A stretch of 64,000 nt of DNA from an uncultured delta proteobacterium (GCA_963771175.1 CAVYSY010000024.1:96001-160000), one strand, 5' to 3'. Positions 11,342 through 23,200 are shown, counted from the stretch's first letter. The notes: generated by a model not told the origin, from the sequence alone. Program-made: numbers and translations.

Positions 11342-11497
11342 CTAGGTGGACGGGACGGAGGAGGACTGCCGATTCTGGTAGAGGCGGTAGGCCCCCCAAC
11401 CGGCGGCGGCGATCGCGGCCACCTTCGTCAACCCCTTGAGTCCCTTCCAGCCGACGTAGCCCTTGACTGCCTTCTTCCCGATGCGACGGTAATTCAT
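11342..11497 (-). CDS. Small basic 51-aa membrane-associated protein
   Basis: AAGGAG RBS before ATG. Sequence MNYRRIGKKAVKGYVGWKGLKGLTKVAAIAAAGWGAYRLY. Confidence 0.6.
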   Translation of the reverse strand: MNYRRIGKKAVKGYVGWKGLKGLTKVAAIAAAGWGAYRLYQNRQSSSVPST

Positions 11498-11747
11498 CGC
11501 GTGCTCCTTCCGCTGCGGTTCCACTCGGCAAGATGGGATTGGGGACACCCAGGCGCTGCCTATTCAACTGACGTTCGCATGCCTTCCTGCCTGGAGGGCG
11601 CAACTGCCGCCACTCCCCCTGCCCGCGACGCCCCTCGTGGCACCGCGTAGAATAGGGGAGCCGCTGGCTGGACATGCCACGGGGGGAGTCCTCCCTTTCC
11701 TGGGGGACTGATGCAGCAGAGCCGGTGACGGAACTGAACACCGACTC

Positions 11748-14029
11748 ATGACGTCTGCTGCCTCCTCCGGACCCCGTACCTCGCTCGCCCGCTCGACGCT
11801 CCTCGACATGGGCGTCCGCATCGCGCTGGTCATCGTCCTGACCACGGTCGTCAGCTACTTCCACATCCTCCGCTCCATGCGCGGCGAGAGCCTCATGCAG
11901 CTCGATGCGGTATGTCTCGGAGCGGAGCCAGCGCGAGCAGGCCATCTTCGTCCTGGCGCAGGACAACCACGCCCTTCTCAAGAAGGCCCTGGAGGAGCGG
12001 ATCCGGGCCTGGCGCCAGACGGACCCCGATGCCCGCTTCGACAGCCTGTTCGCCCGGCTCCCGGATGGATCCATCCGCGACCGCCCCCAGGGCTCCGATG
12101 GGACGGGACTGCCCTGTGCCTTCGTCACCCGGAGCGTGACGGAGGACCCCGACTTCCGCCGCCGGCTGCTGGCAGCCCATGAGGTGGTGGCCCAGTACGG
12201 GCCCGCGCTCCGCGCCCGCTTCATGGACACCTACGTCATCCTGCCGGAGGGCGCCGAGACGGTGTACTGGCCGGAGGACCCGACCTGGTGTCAGGACGCC
12301 AGTGCCGACTTTCCGCTCGTCACCTTTGACTTCTTCACCCTCAGCCAGCCCGAGCGACAACCCTCGGCGGCAGACAGCCTGGACGGGCATCTTCGAGGAT
12401 GTGCCCTCGAAACGGTGGATGGTCTCGGTCATCACCCCGCTGGACATGGACGGTCGCCATGTCGCGACGGTGGGTCATGACGTGCTGCTCGACGAGCTGA
12501 TGGCGCGCACCGTCAATGAGTCACCTGCCCGGCGCGTACAACCTCCTCTTCCGCGACGATGGACAGCTCATCGCCCACCCCGAGCTGAAGATGGAGAGTG
12601 GCGGGGCCGTCCACAACATCCTGGATGCGGAAGCGAGGTCCGCCGGCTCCGAGGCAGCAGCGGGCCCACCTGCGAGCCATCTTCGAGCGGGTCCGCGACC
12701 GCGAGCCCGAGCAGACGGTGCTGGAGCTGCCGGAGTATGGCGAGTACCTCGCCGTGGGACGGCTGGAGGGGCCTGGTTGGAACTTCATCACGGTCCTGCC
12801 CGAGCGTGTGGTGTCCTCGGCGGCCTTCCAGGCGGCGCGCTACGTGCTGCTCTTCGGAGTGGCGTCGCTGCTGGTGGAGCTGGTCATCATGTACTGGGTG
12901 CTCCGGCGGCACATCACCCGCCCGCTGCTGACCTTCTCCGGGGCGGCCACCCAGGTAGCGGCCGGGGACTTCCAGGTGTCGCTGGAGATGAAGCGTGACG
13001 ACGAGCTGGGGCAGCTCGCCCGGGTCTTCCAGCAGATGGCCCATGAGGTCCAGCGACGCGAGGGGCGCTGCGGACAGGCCAACGAGGGACTGGAGCACCG
13101 GGTGGAGGAACGCACCCGGGAACTGAAGGAAGTCCACGAGCGGCTGGTGGAGACCGCGCGTCGGGCGGGCATGGCGGAGGTGGCCACCAACGTGCTGCAC
13201 AACGTGGGCAACGTGCTCAACAGCGTCAACACCTCGGCGCTCGTGGCCAGGGAGCGGCTGGAGGGGTTGAAGCTCGATCAGGTGGGCCGGGTGGCGGGCC
13301 TGCTCGAGGAGAACCAGACCGACCTGGGCCGCTTCCTCGTCCAGGACGAGCGGGGGCGCAACGTGGTGCCCTTCCTGAGCCGACTGGGACAGCACATGCG
13401 AGCTGGGCAGCAGGAGCTGCCTCACGCTGCTCGAGGACGTCAGCCGGTACACCGACCACATCGCGGCCATCATCCGGTTGCAGCAACGTTACGCCAGGAC
13501 ACCGCAGCACCAGGAGGCGGTCTCCCTCTCCGAGTTGGTGGAGGATGCCCTGCGCATCAACTCGGCCGGGCTCACCCGCCACGCGGTGAAGGTGGAGCGG
13601 GACCTGGCGTCCCTCGCGCCGACGATGACCGACAAGCACAAGGTGCTGATGATCCTGGTCAACCTGATCAGCAATGCCAAGAACGCCATGGACGCCGTGC
13701 CCGAGGAGCAGCGGCGGCTGCTCGTGAAGCTGGTGCAGGCCAGCGACGACCGCGTGCGATTCGAGGTGCGCGACAACGGCGTGGGCATCCCACCGGAGCT
13801 GCTCACGCGCATCTTCCAGTACGGCTTCACCACCCGGGAGGACGGGCACGGCTTCGGCCTGCACTCCAGCGCGCTGGCGGCCCAGGAGCTGGGCGGCTCG
13901 CTCCAAGCCCACAGCGAAGGGCCGGAACGTGGGGCCACCTTCACGCTGGAGCTGCCCTACCACCCGGATGGGGAGCAACAGGAGCCAGCGGACGCTCCCG
14001 GGCAACGCGCTGAAACGCGCCGGCCGTGA
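11748..14029 (+). CDS. Sensor histidine kinase (periplasmic Cache-like sensor, HAMP, HATPase); about five frameshifts
   Basis: Fragments align with the paralogs at 24437 and 26870. H-box ATNVLHNVGN, N-box NLISNA, DNGVG and GHGFGL are present. Confidence 0.8.
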
Positions 14030-14047
14030 GACGCCACGGCCGGCGCG
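14016..14047. terminator. 13-bp perfect inverted repeat between convergent genes
   Basis: CGCGCCGGCCGTG / CACGGCCGGCGCG with a 6-nt loop. Confidence 0.5.
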
Positions 14048-14053
14048 GGTGCG

Positions 14054-14557
14054 TCACTGGCGGTTCTGCATCCGCTGGCGCATGGCTTCGTGCCGGCGCT
14101 GGTGCTCCTCACGCTCCTGAGTGATGAGTTCCCGGCCGCGCGCCTTTTGCGTGTCGCTCAGAAGCTTCTCCGCCTCCTGGTAGGCCGCGTCGTCGTTGGC
14201 TCGCAGCTCGGTGACGATGGGCTCGATTTGCTGCATCCGCTCGCGCATCGCCTCGGAGTTGGGCGGCGGCCCGTTCATCCTTTCCGTGTCGCTGGGAGGT
14301 GGCCCCGACGGGCGCGGCGGACGCAGTGTCTTCAGCTCCTCCAGGAGCGGTGCGTTCTTCTGATCCAGCGCCGCCTGCAGCTCTTCCAGCAGGGCTACCT
14401 GCTCGGCAGTCAGGGCCAGTTCCTGCTGGTTCTTCAGCAGCAGTTCCAGCGACGAGGGCGGCTTGCCCTGGGCTCCCCCGGGTCCTCGTGGGCCCTGCGC
14501 GCCCGCCAGCAGCGGGACGGCCAGTACCAGTACGAGTGGCATCATCTTGAGAAACAT
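14054..14557 (-). CDS. Secreted Spy/CpxP-like helical protein
   Basis: Signal peptide; LALTAEQ and LLSDTQK (LTxxQ-like) motifs; GGAGG RBS. Confidence 0.65.
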   Translation of the reverse strand: MFLKMMPLVLVLAVPLLAGAQGPRGPGGAQGKPPSSLELLLKNQQELALTAEQVALLEELQAALDQKNAPLLEELKTLRPPRPSGPPPSDTERMNGPPPNSEAMRERMQQIEPIVTELRANDDAAYQEAEKLLSDTQKARGRELITQEREEHQRRHEAMRQRMQNRQ

Positions 14558-14810
14558 GTTCTTCCTCCTGTTTGCCTGTTTGCGTCCCGATCGGGCCTGC
14601 CTTCCAGCGTCTGCCTTGCAGGCTCCCTGACGCGTCAGGGTTCAATATGTCCGCTCCCCATTTCCCGTGGATGACACCCGTATTTTGATATGTTTTGGAG
14701 CCCCCGCGACGAGACCAGCGCCCCCCCTCTTGCGGCTCTCGCCTCCCCGCCCGAGAGGACCGGGTCGCAATCTTTCGTCATGAAAGGGCAATGGGCGCGA
14801 AAGAAGTCGG

Positions 14811-16145
14811 GTGTGTCCTGTCGGGATGGAACTCCAGGTCAAGAAGGGCCATGTGGAAGTCAGGCGGTATTCCCTCCGGGAGCGTCTGCTGGGAGCCTTC
14901 ATCGCGCTGGGACTGTTCTACTTCACGGGCTGTGGCACTTCCCGTGAGGCGACCCTCCCACCGGGCTCGACGCTGACCCAGGACACGTCGGCGCTGTCGG
15001 TTCCAGAGCGGGTCTGCTCGGACGCGGCGAACTGCCGTGAGGCCCTGCGGGAGTTGCGCGAGGTCACTCCCGAGTCCTCCTGCGCGCTGCGCGAGCGGCT
15101 CGGGGTCGCCCGGAGTGCTTGTCTCCTGGGCGTCGCCGAGGGTTGCACCGAGCTCGGCCGGGCGGAGCTGTGGAGGGCCGAAGCCGGGGATGGGGCCGCG
15201 CTCCACACCGCGCGAGCCCTGTTCCAGCGGGCCTGTGAGCAGGGGGATGGGGAGGGGTGCGCTCGCCATGCCCTGATGACGCTCCTGGGCCAGGGGGTTG
15301 CTCGGGACGAGGCCGCGGGCCTGGCCGAGCTCCAGGACGCCTGTGACAAGTCCCCGGAGGTAGCGTGTGGACTCGGGGCCAGCGGGCTCGGCGAGGATGC
15401 ACGTCGGCGCGAGGTCTCCCCGGAGCACGAGGTGATCGCCCTGTATGCGCAGCGAGGCTGCGACGCGGGAGACGGGCTCTCCTGCCGGGTTCTCGGGGAC
15501 GCCTTCCGCGAGGGGCACGGCGTTTCCCAGGATCTCGACAAGGCCATCGGGCTCTATCAGCGCGCGTGTGAGGCGGGGAATGGCACGGCGTGCGCGAGGG
15601 AGGGCGTGCTCTCGCTCCAGTTCCAGGGCTTACCCGGGGCTCCGCGCGCCGATGACCTCTTCTCCCGAGGGTGCGAGCTCGGCTCCTCCGAGGCCTGCCG
15701 GATGCGCGTCCTGATGACCCTCCAGCAGCACGGGGGCGAGGAGGACGAGGCAGCGAGGCAAGCACTCTTTCGTCAGGCGTGCGACCGGGGCGCGGCGGTG
15801 GGCTGTCTCGCCCTCTATGACGTGCTCCGGCACAAGCTGCCCGAGCCCGGGGTCGCCCTCCAGCTGCCGGGTCTCCTGAAGCGCGCCTGCCAGTTCGGAG
15901 AGACCCAGTCCTGCGAGTTCCTGGAGGCGCTCTCCCGTGTGTCCCAGGAGAAGTGCGAGGCGGGCTCCGCTTCCGCCTGTGGTGTGCTCGGAGGGCTGCT
16001 GGTCAGTACGCCCGCCCTGGAGTTCGAGGCCGTCGAGGGAATGCAGCTCCTCCATCGCGCCTGTGGGGCGGGCGATGCGGCAAGCTGCGAACTGCTGCGC
16101 GACGCGACACCCCGCTCGGACGAGCGGACGTGTCGCTCGCCCTGA
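14811..16145 (+). CDS. Cys-rich Sel1-repeat (Hcp-like) lipoprotein
   Basis: Lipobox FTGC and repeated 'ACxxGxxxxC..LG' units. Start uncertain. Confidence 0.8.
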   Translation: MCPVGMELQVKKGHVEVRRYSLRERLLGAFIALGLFYFTGCGTSREATLPPGSTLTQDTSALSVPERVCSDAANCREALRELREVTPESSCALRERLGVARSACLLGVAEGCTELGRAELWRAEAGDGAALHTARALFQRACEQGDGEGCARHALMTLLGQGVARDEAAGLAELQDACDKSPEVACGLGASGLGEDARRREVSPEHEVIALYAQRGCDAGDGLSCRVLGDAFREGHGVSQDLDKAIGLYQRACEAGNGTACAREGVLSLQFQGLPGAPRADDLFSRGCELGSSEACRMRVLMTLQQHGGEEDEAARQALFRQACDRGAAVGCLALYDVLRHKLPEPGVALQLPGLLKRACQFGETQSCEFLEALSRVSQEKCEAGSASACGVLGGLLVSTPALEFEAVEGMQLLHRACGAGDAASCELLRDATPRSDERTCRSP

Positions 16146-16178
16146 GTGGGGCCTCGGGGCGCCTCACTGCTGCGAGCG

Positions 16179-16278
16179 TGCGTGCACCAGACCATGTGGA
16201 ACACTGATTCCGGAGCATGTGGAACGCCCATTCCGGCCAGTGGAACACTGATTCCGAGCAAGTGGAACGCACCCTGAA
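16179..16278 (+). mobile_element. Orphan IS21-family-like terminal repeat array
   Basis: Begins TGCG. Four direct repeats with core GTGGAAR-like GTGGAAC at 16196, 16219, 16240 and 16262 (spacing 23/21/22); the first three end in ATTCCG. No istA/istB nearby. Confidence 0.6.
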
Positions 16279-16541
16279 AGTAGGGAGCCCGGGAAGGTGT
16301 CAAAGGATTCGTTCCGGCTCCCGGCCGAGTGAGCCATGCGGAGGTACGGACACGAGGGGATACCCAAGAGACCGCGCCTCAACTGCCTCGCCCTCCTCTG
16401 GACCGCCCCCGTGGGCCAGCCACATCGCGGGGAGGAGATTGCCCTCGTGCCTTGTTACTCTCCGAACGACGCGGCCAGTTATGGCCCGCCTGGATACGCC
16501 GCGAACCCCGGTTCATCGCGCGCACTCGTTGGGAGGGAGTC

Positions 16542-17072
16542 TTGCCGCAGACGGATGAGACGGGGTTCTTCGCCTGGGTCACACGCCTCGTGCGGGAGCA
16601 TCGGTCGGAGTTGGCCGCCGTCGCGCGGAAGGAAGGGTTGCTCGCCGAGGAGGCATTCGACGCCGTCCAGGAAGCGTTCACCACCTTCCTGAGGCTCCCG
16701 CATTCGCGGCGTCTTGCGAACGAGGTCGAAGACAGCCGCAACCTGCTGGCCGTTCTCGTCCGGAATCACTCGCGCAACCGCCGTCGTCGCCACGACCGGG
16801 CGCGGCCGCACCTCACCGAGCCCGAGGTCGTCGAGAGCCTGGTGGACGTTCAGGAGAGCGTGGAGTCCCTGATCAGCCAGGCCGAAGCGCATGTCCTGGC
16901 CTTCCAGTGTGTGGAGCTGCTCGGGGAGGTTCAGCGGAAGGTCGTGACGCTTCGGCTACTCGAGGAGCAGCCAGGCGAGAGGGTGGCCGAGCTGCTCGGC
17001 ACGACACCTGGGAACGTCGCGGTGATCCTCCACCGCGCGAAGCGCGAGCTGCGCGCATGCATGGACGCCTGA
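16542..17072 (+). CDS. ECF-type RNA polymerase sigma factor
   Basis: Region 2 AFDAVQEAF and region 4 VAELLGTTPGNVAVILHRAKRELR. TTG start after GGAGG. Confidence 0.85.
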   Translation: MPQTDETGFFAWVTRLVREHRSELAAVARKEGLLAEEAFDAVQEAFTTFLRLPHSRRLANEVEDSRNLLAVLVRNHSRNRRRRHDRARPHLTEPEVVESLVDVQESVESLISQAEAHVLAFQCVELLGEVQRKVVTLRLLEEQPGERVAELLGTTPGNVAVILHRAKRELRACMDA

Positions 17073-17089
17073 GCCGCCAGCGTACGGCA

Positions 17090-17701
17090 TCAACTGGCGC
17101 CGAGTGTCGCGGGCGCACCGCTCCGAACACGTGAGGTGCGCGCCAGATAGGTCCGCGCCGAGTCGGCCATGGTGACGATCGCCGCGCCGAGCATGATCGC
17201 ATCCTTGATGACCAGCCTGCCCCGGCCGCTCAGATAAGGAAATCCGTGGTGAGCGTCTCCGAGATTGGCGACCCAGCTCTCGGGTGTCGTCACGAGGAAG
17301 GACAGCGTGACGAAGGACATCCCGAGCACGAGGAAGCTTCCCAGCGCACCGAACTCCGGCCGCCACCAATGCGCCGCGACGAGTAATCCCAGCAACACGA
17401 TGACGCTGCCGAGCAGATACGAGAACCAGTACGTCCCATTCGCCTGGTGCCACGCGCGGTTGGCTGGAATGAGCTCGCCCTCCCGGTTCTGGTGCTGCCG
17501 GTAGTCGGGCGCGTCGTAGGCATAGAAGAAGCTCATCACCGGGCTGTTCGCCACGAAGGGAACGATGCCGTCGGCTTCGTAGGGGGTCACCTTCAGTGCG
17601 CCGATCCAGACCAGGACAACGATCAGGCCGGCGCGCAGCACGTTCATGCCGAGTTTCTCCGCGCCGGCAGCGGCGCGGAACAGAGAATCCAAGCTGGACA
17701 A
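17090..17701 (-). CDS. rclC: DUF417 / YkgB (RclC) family inner-membrane protein
   Basis: WIGALK, YEADGIVPFVANSP, TLSFLVTTPE and HHGFPYLSGRGRLVIKD closely match E. coli RclC motifs. TTG start after AGGAG. Confidence 0.85.
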   Translation of the reverse strand: MSSLDSLFRAAAGAEKLGMNVLRAGLIVVLVWIGALKVTPYEADGIVPFVANSPVMSFFYAYDAPDYRQHQNREGELIPANRAWHQANGTYWFSYLLGSVIVLLGLLVAAHWWRPEFGALGSFLVLGMSFVTLSFLVTTPESWVANLGDAHHGFPYLSGRGRLVIKDAIMLGAAIVTMADSARTYLARTSRVRSGAPATLGAS

Positions 17702-17918
17702 GGGCAAACTCCTGCGATCGGGGATGAACGGAGGGCCCCGAATTGGGCCCCCACACACCGATCTGGCCACCGGTCAGGTTCCGACGGGCCCTTGCATTAC
17801 AAATGAAGTAGATCCAGCAGAGCCGCTGAGCGGCCCAGCGCTCGGGCGTGCAGCGGCCGAGGAAGCGAACCACCTGCCGCCCGATGCACGGGCCTACGCG
17901 GGCGCAATCCGGTTGTGA

Positions 17919-19058
17919 TTAGAAGCCAGACATCTTGGAGAGGATCTCCTTCATCACCTCCGAGGTGCCACCGCCGATGGTGATGAGCCGGATGTCGCGC
18001 CAGGCCCGAGCGATGTGCGTCTCCTCGATGTAACCCATGCCTCCGAAGAACTGCTGGACGTCGTAGGCCACCTTCTGCGCCAGGTCTCCCGCGAACAGCT
18101 TCGCCATGGAGATCTCCCGCACCGCGTTCTCCTTCGCGTTGAAGACGTCCACCGCGTGGTACGTCAGCCGCTTCGCCGCCTCGATGGCCGCCATGTGCTC
18201 CACCAGCTTGTGGCGCCACACCTGGAAGCCCAGCAGAGGCTTGCCGAACGCCTGCCGCTCCTTCCCGTACTGGAGCGCGTCTTCAATCATCCGCTCCATC
18301 CCGCCCACCGCCGACAGCGCTCCCACCAGGCGCTCGCCCTGGAAGTTCGTCATGATGTGGTAGAAGCCCTCGTTCTCCTCGCCCAGCACGTAGCGGCGCG
18401 GAATCCGGCAGTCCTCGAAGTAGAGAATCGCCGTGTCCGAGGACAGGTTGCCCACCTTGTCGAGCTTCTTCGACACCCCGAAGCCCTTCACGTCCGTGGG
18501 GAACGTCACCAGCGAGATGCCCCCGTACCCCGGCCCGCCCGTGCGCACCGCCAGCGTGATGAAGTCCGCCCGCGTGCCGTTCGTAATCCACATCTTCGAA
18601 CCGTTGATGACGTAGTCATCCCCATCCCGCCGCGCCGTCGTCTGGATGTTCGCCACGTCCGAGCCCGCCCCCGGCTCGCTCACGCCCAGCGCGGCGATCT
18701 TCTCGCCCGCCAGCGCCGGCGCGAGGAACTCGCGCTTCTGCTCGTCCGTGCCGATCTCGTTGATGATCGGCGTGGCCATCTGGCTCTGCACCAGCAGCGC
18801 CATGTTCACGCCCGCGTTCCGGCTGCGCGTCAGCTCCTCGGTGAACGCCGTCACGTACCAGTAGTCCAGCCCGCTGCCGCCGTACTCCGGAGCGTGGTTG
18901 ATGCCGAAGAAGCCCAGCTCGCCGCACTTCTCGAAGATCTCCCGCGGGAAGATGCCTGCTCGGTCCCACTCCAAGGCGTGCGGCGTGAGCTCCTTCTCCA
19001 CGAACGTACGCACCGTCTTGCGAAAGGCCTCATGCTCCTCGGTGAACGGGTTCAGCAT
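17919..19058 (-). CDS. Acyl-CoA dehydrogenase
   Basis: [29 protein letters not shown] and [10 protein letters not shown] motifs. Confidence 0.95.
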   Translation of the reverse strand: MLNPFTEEHEAFRKTVRTFVEKELTPHALEWDRAGIFPREIFEKCGELGFFGINHAPEYGGSGLDYWYVTAFTEELTRSRNAGVNMALLVQSQMATPIINEIGTDEQKREFLAPALAGEKIAALGVSEPGAGSDVANIQTTARRDGDDYVINGSKMWITNGTRADFITLAVRTGGPGYGGISLVTFPTDVKGFGVSKKLDKVGNLSSDTAILYFEDCRIPRRYVLGEENEGFYHIMTNFQGERLVGALSAVGGMERMIEDALQYGKERQAFGKPLLGFQVWRHKLVEHMAAIEAAKRLTYHAVDVFNAKENAVREISMAKLFAGDLAQKVAYDVQQFFGGMGYIEETHIARAWRDIRLITIGGGTSEVMKEILSKMSGF

Positions 19059-19135
19059 GGTCGCTCTGGCTCCTCGGCGTGATTGATTGGGGAGTCAATA
19101 GTACAAGGGTCGTTCTCGCCGACAAGGACGACACC

Positions 19136-20230
19136 ATGGCTTCTGTCACCCTGGCGCTGATCGCGCTGCTCTCGGCCACTCCGCCCGCCCGCCCCTCGGC
19201 CGAGGAGATGCTCCGCGCACAGTGCCGCACCTGGGCCTCCGAGCCGAAGAACCCCTGGGCCCTCGCCCACGGCATCGCCCTGGAGGGCCGCGCCTTCAAG
19301 GCTCGCGATGGTCGCCCCGCCGCGGACGTCATCATCGCGGACTTCCTCCGCCGCGAGGGCACCGCTCCCCCCGTGGAGCTCCGCTTCGAGTCCTTCGCTC
19401 CCGATGGCACGCCCGTGGAGCCCCACCCCAACCTGCTGGTGAAGACGTTGCTGCTCTCGGGCCAACCGCTCTCGCGGAGCTTCCGTGCGAGCTGGGGTCC
19501 CGTCACCCTCGGCGCGCTCGTGGAGGACCTGAAGCGCGACTTCCGCCGGGACTCCGCCCTCTCGCCCCATGGCGCCTGGACGCTCGACGCCCTCTCCCAC
19601 GCACTGCCTCCCGGCGCCACCTTCACCAACGGCGCCGGAGAGACGATCCGCCTCGATGCGGTGATGGACGAGGCCCTCGCCCTGCTCGAGCGCGAGCAGG
19701 CGGAGTTGCTCGCCGGCATGAAGGCCGGACTGCCGCAGGTCCCCAAGCGCAAGCAGGGCATCTACACGCACCCCTGTGGTGGACTGCACCTCTTCCAGGC
19801 CGTCGCCACCCACGCGCGTCACGCCGCGGTGCGCAAGGCGTGGGGCCCGCGCCTGAGCACCCAGGTGGACGTCCTCGTCTATCGGCTGGGCTCCGAGTCC
19901 CGGCAGTACGACGCCGCCCTCACCTCCGCTCCGCCCTCCTATCGACTCCCCGTGCTCGTGCAGATGGTGAAGTTCTACGGGCACTTCCTCGAGGCGCTCG
20001 GGCGCTACCGCGAGGAGACGGGCTGGAAGCCCTCGCCCGAACAGGCCCGGGCGGTGGAACAGGCGCGCGGGCTGCTCGATGGCGCAGTGCGTCGTCTCGA
20101 TGCGTCAGGCGCATTCCGAGACATGGAGTCACTGAAGACGACGCAGTACCAGCTCTACCTGGACCTCATCGGAGACTCCTGCCACGCCGCCCACGGGCTC
20201 GGCTACTGGAGGAACCACCTCGGAGGTTGA
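19136..20230 (+). CDS. Secreted hypothetical protein with His/Cys motifs
   Basis: Signal peptide; PWALAHG, EPHPN, HPCGGLH, GHFLE and GDSCHA motifs. Confidence 0.75.
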   Translation: MASVTLALIALLSATPPARPSAEEMLRAQCRTWASEPKNPWALAHGIALEGRAFKARDGRPAADVIIADFLRREGTAPPVELRFESFAPDGTPVEPHPNLLVKTLLLSGQPLSRSFRASWGPVTLGALVEDLKRDFRRDSALSPHGAWTLDALSHALPPGATFTNGAGETIRLDAVMDEALALLEREQAELLAGMKAGLPQVPKRKQGIYTHPCGGLHLFQAVATHARHAAVRKAWGPRLSTQVDVLVYRLGSESRQYDAALTSAPPSYRLPVLVQMVKFYGHFLEALGRYREETGWKPSPEQARAVEQARGLLDGAVRRLDASGAFRDMESLKTTQYQLYLDLIGDSCHAAHGLGYWRNHLGG

Positions 20231-20244
20231 TACAAACGTCAACC

Positions 20245-23200
20245 ATGTCCTCCCCCCTTCGCCTCCTGGCCCTGTGCCTCGCGCTGGCCGGGCTCACGCT
20301 CGCCGGCTGCAAGAAGGAGAGCTGCCTCGGCAATGAAGATGGCTGCCGTGTCGTCAGCCCCTGCGAGAAGCTGAGCTACTCCTGTGAAGCCGCCTCCGGC
20401 TCGAAGCTGGAGCTCCGCACGCTCACCCCCGAGGATCGCCGCGCCGGCAGCCACGCCCCCGGCACCGGGGTCGATACCGTGCCCGGCGGTCTCAACGCCC
20501 TCGGCGCTCGCGGTGACATCCTCCTGGGCAACGAGCGGGCGGTGGCCGTCATCGCCGGCATCGGCAACAACAACCTGTTGGATCCCAACGGCGGCTCGCT
20601 GCTCGACCTGAGCGCCCGCGGCAAGGACAACGACGGCCTCAACCAGGTGCTCCAAGTGGTGGGCATCCTCCCCGGGGACGCCGTGCGCTACACCTCGGCC
20701 GAGCTCATCGACGAGCGCCCCACCCGCGTGGCGGTGCAGCTCCGCGGCACGCTCGACGGCAAGCCCGAGTTCCCCGTCCACACCGTCTACGAGATGCGCC
20801 CGTGCGAGCCGGGCATCCGCGTGCGCACGGAGATCCTCAACACCTCCGTGGATCCGCAGCTCTGGGCGCTGTCGGACGGCTTCTACTGGAGCGGCCGAGA
20901 GGCCCTGCCCTTCACTCCCTCGGCGGGCACGGGCTACCAGCACCCGTCCTTCAACCTGCTCACCATCGGTGACGCCTTCGGCCAGTTCCCCTACCTGACG
21001 GCCGCGATGGCCTCGCGACCCGGCCGCCAGCTACGCCGAGGTGGCGTGCGGTGAGGCGAACCTGCTCGAGGGCTTCCAGAGCGATCAGATCTCCTCCTCG
21101 GGCCTGCCGCGCACGGTGGTGCAGCCGCGCGACTACCTCGTCTACGAGCGCTTCCTCGCCGTGTCCGAGCGCGGGGACGTGGGCGCCGCCGCGGACCTGG
21201 CCCTGGAGGCCCGGCAGCAGCTCCATGGCGAGAAGTACGTGACGCTGCGCGGGACGGTGCAACGGCTCGGGGCGCCGCTCGGCGCGGGCCGTGAGGCCAG
21301 CGTCCTCATCAGCGAGGGTGAGCTCGCCGCCGACCCGAGCACCCGGATTCCCTGGACCCAGGTGACGCCGGACAAGGAGGGCCTCTTCCAGGCCCGCGTG
21401 CCCGCCGGCCGTAACTACGTGGTGGAGCTACACGCCTTCGGCCGCAAGGTGGCCGATCGGCAGCTCGACCAGGTGGATGCGGACACGGACGTGGGGACGC
21501 TCGCCGTGTCCTCTCACTCCCGGCTCACCGTGAGGGTGGTGGATTGGATCACCGGCGAGCCCCTCGATGCCGAGGTCTTCGTCGTCCCCGTGGACGACAT
21601 CACCCAGAAGAACACCGAGGGCACGCTGCACGGCCGCTTCGGCACCTGCGCGCCGTGGCTCGGTTCGCCCGCGGGCTCCTCGCCCGCCTGCAATCGCTTC
21701 CTCGTCGCACAACGGCACCGCCACCGTGGACGCCCCCATGGGCCGCTTCTACCTCTACGCTTTCAAGGGCCCCTTCTGGACGATCGACCGGGAGACCGTG
21801 ATGCTCGGCGCCAGCGACACCACCGTGGACCTCGTCCTGCACAAGCTGGCGCTCCAGCCCCTCGGTACCGTGGGCGCGGACCTGCACGTGCACGGCGCCG
21901 CCAGCTTCGACAGCTCCCTCCCCGACATGGACCGCGTGCTGTCCTTCGCCGCCACGGACCTGGAGGTCATCGTCTCCACCGACCACGACGTCATCTACGA
22001 CTACGGGCAGATCGTCCGCGCGCCTCGGCCTGCAGGACAAGATGAGCACCGTGGTGGGCCTGGAGACCACCGGTCACATCCTCTGGATGAAGCGCCCCGG
22101 CTCCACCCTTCCCCTCGTGGTGGGCCACTACAACTTCTGGCCGCTCGAGTACGACCCGACGAAGCCGCGCAACGGCGCCCCGTCGGACGAGCTCGTCGAG
22201 CCCGGTGAGCTCTTCGACCGCGTGAAGGCCAGCGCCCCGCGAGCCTGCGCGACCAGTTCCTCGTGCAGCTCAACCACCCGTGGGCGGATGCCGAGTTCGG
22301 CCGGGACCTCGGCTACCCGCGAGCGCTCGCGCTCAACGCGCTGAAGAACCTGCCCGCGACGGACGACGGCACCAACGCCGGCATGTACGTGCGCTCGCCC
22401 AAGGGCGGCTTCGCCAACAACGGCCAGCACGCCCAGGAGGTCATGAACGGCACGCAGAACGACATGCTGCTGCCCTACCGCGCCTTCTGGTTCTACGGGC
22501 TCAGCCAGGGCCAGCTCGTGACGGGCACCGCCAACAGCGACTCGCACAGCCTCACCGACAACACCGTGGGCCTGCCGCGCAACATCGTCTACGCGGACAC
22601 CAGGCCGGGCCCCGGGTTCGACACCGCCCGCTTCAACGCCGCCCTGAAGGCCGGCGCCTCGTTCGGCACCAACGGCCCCGTCATCGAGGCCACCGTGGAC
22701 ACCGCCACGCGGGCCCCAGCGCTACGGGCTCACCTCGCTCGTGCCCTCGGCGGACGCGAAGCTGCACCTCAAGGTCTCCGCCGCCCCCTGGGTGCCCGTG
22801 GAGGAGGTGCGCATCATCGTCAACGGCACCGTCGTGAAGACGCTGGACGCCTCGGCGCTCTCGCACCCGGCGGACCCGTTCGGCGCCGAGGGACTCGTGC
22901 GCTACGACGGGCACGCTCGCCCTCTCCGAGCTGGTCACCCGCTCCGGCGACGCGTGGCTCGTGGTGGAGGCCGGGCCGCCGCCTGCCGCTCGCCGCGGAC
23001 TTCGGTGGCCCCGGTGCCGACGCGCCGGACGGCATCCCCGATACCGGCGACAACAACGGCGACGGCGTGGTGGACCGCGACGACATCGCCAAGGACTCCA
23101 CGTACGGCCCGCTGAAGACGCCCGCGCCGCCCTCCAGCGAGGCGGACCCGCTGTTCCACTTCGCCCAGGTCGTCACCGGTGGCTACCCGATGGCCTTCAC

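Noticed and set aside
16190..16280. Possible CRISPR mini-array
   Set aside because: The period is only 21-23 bp with no unique 30-40 bp spacers and no cas genes; it fits an IS21-type end better.
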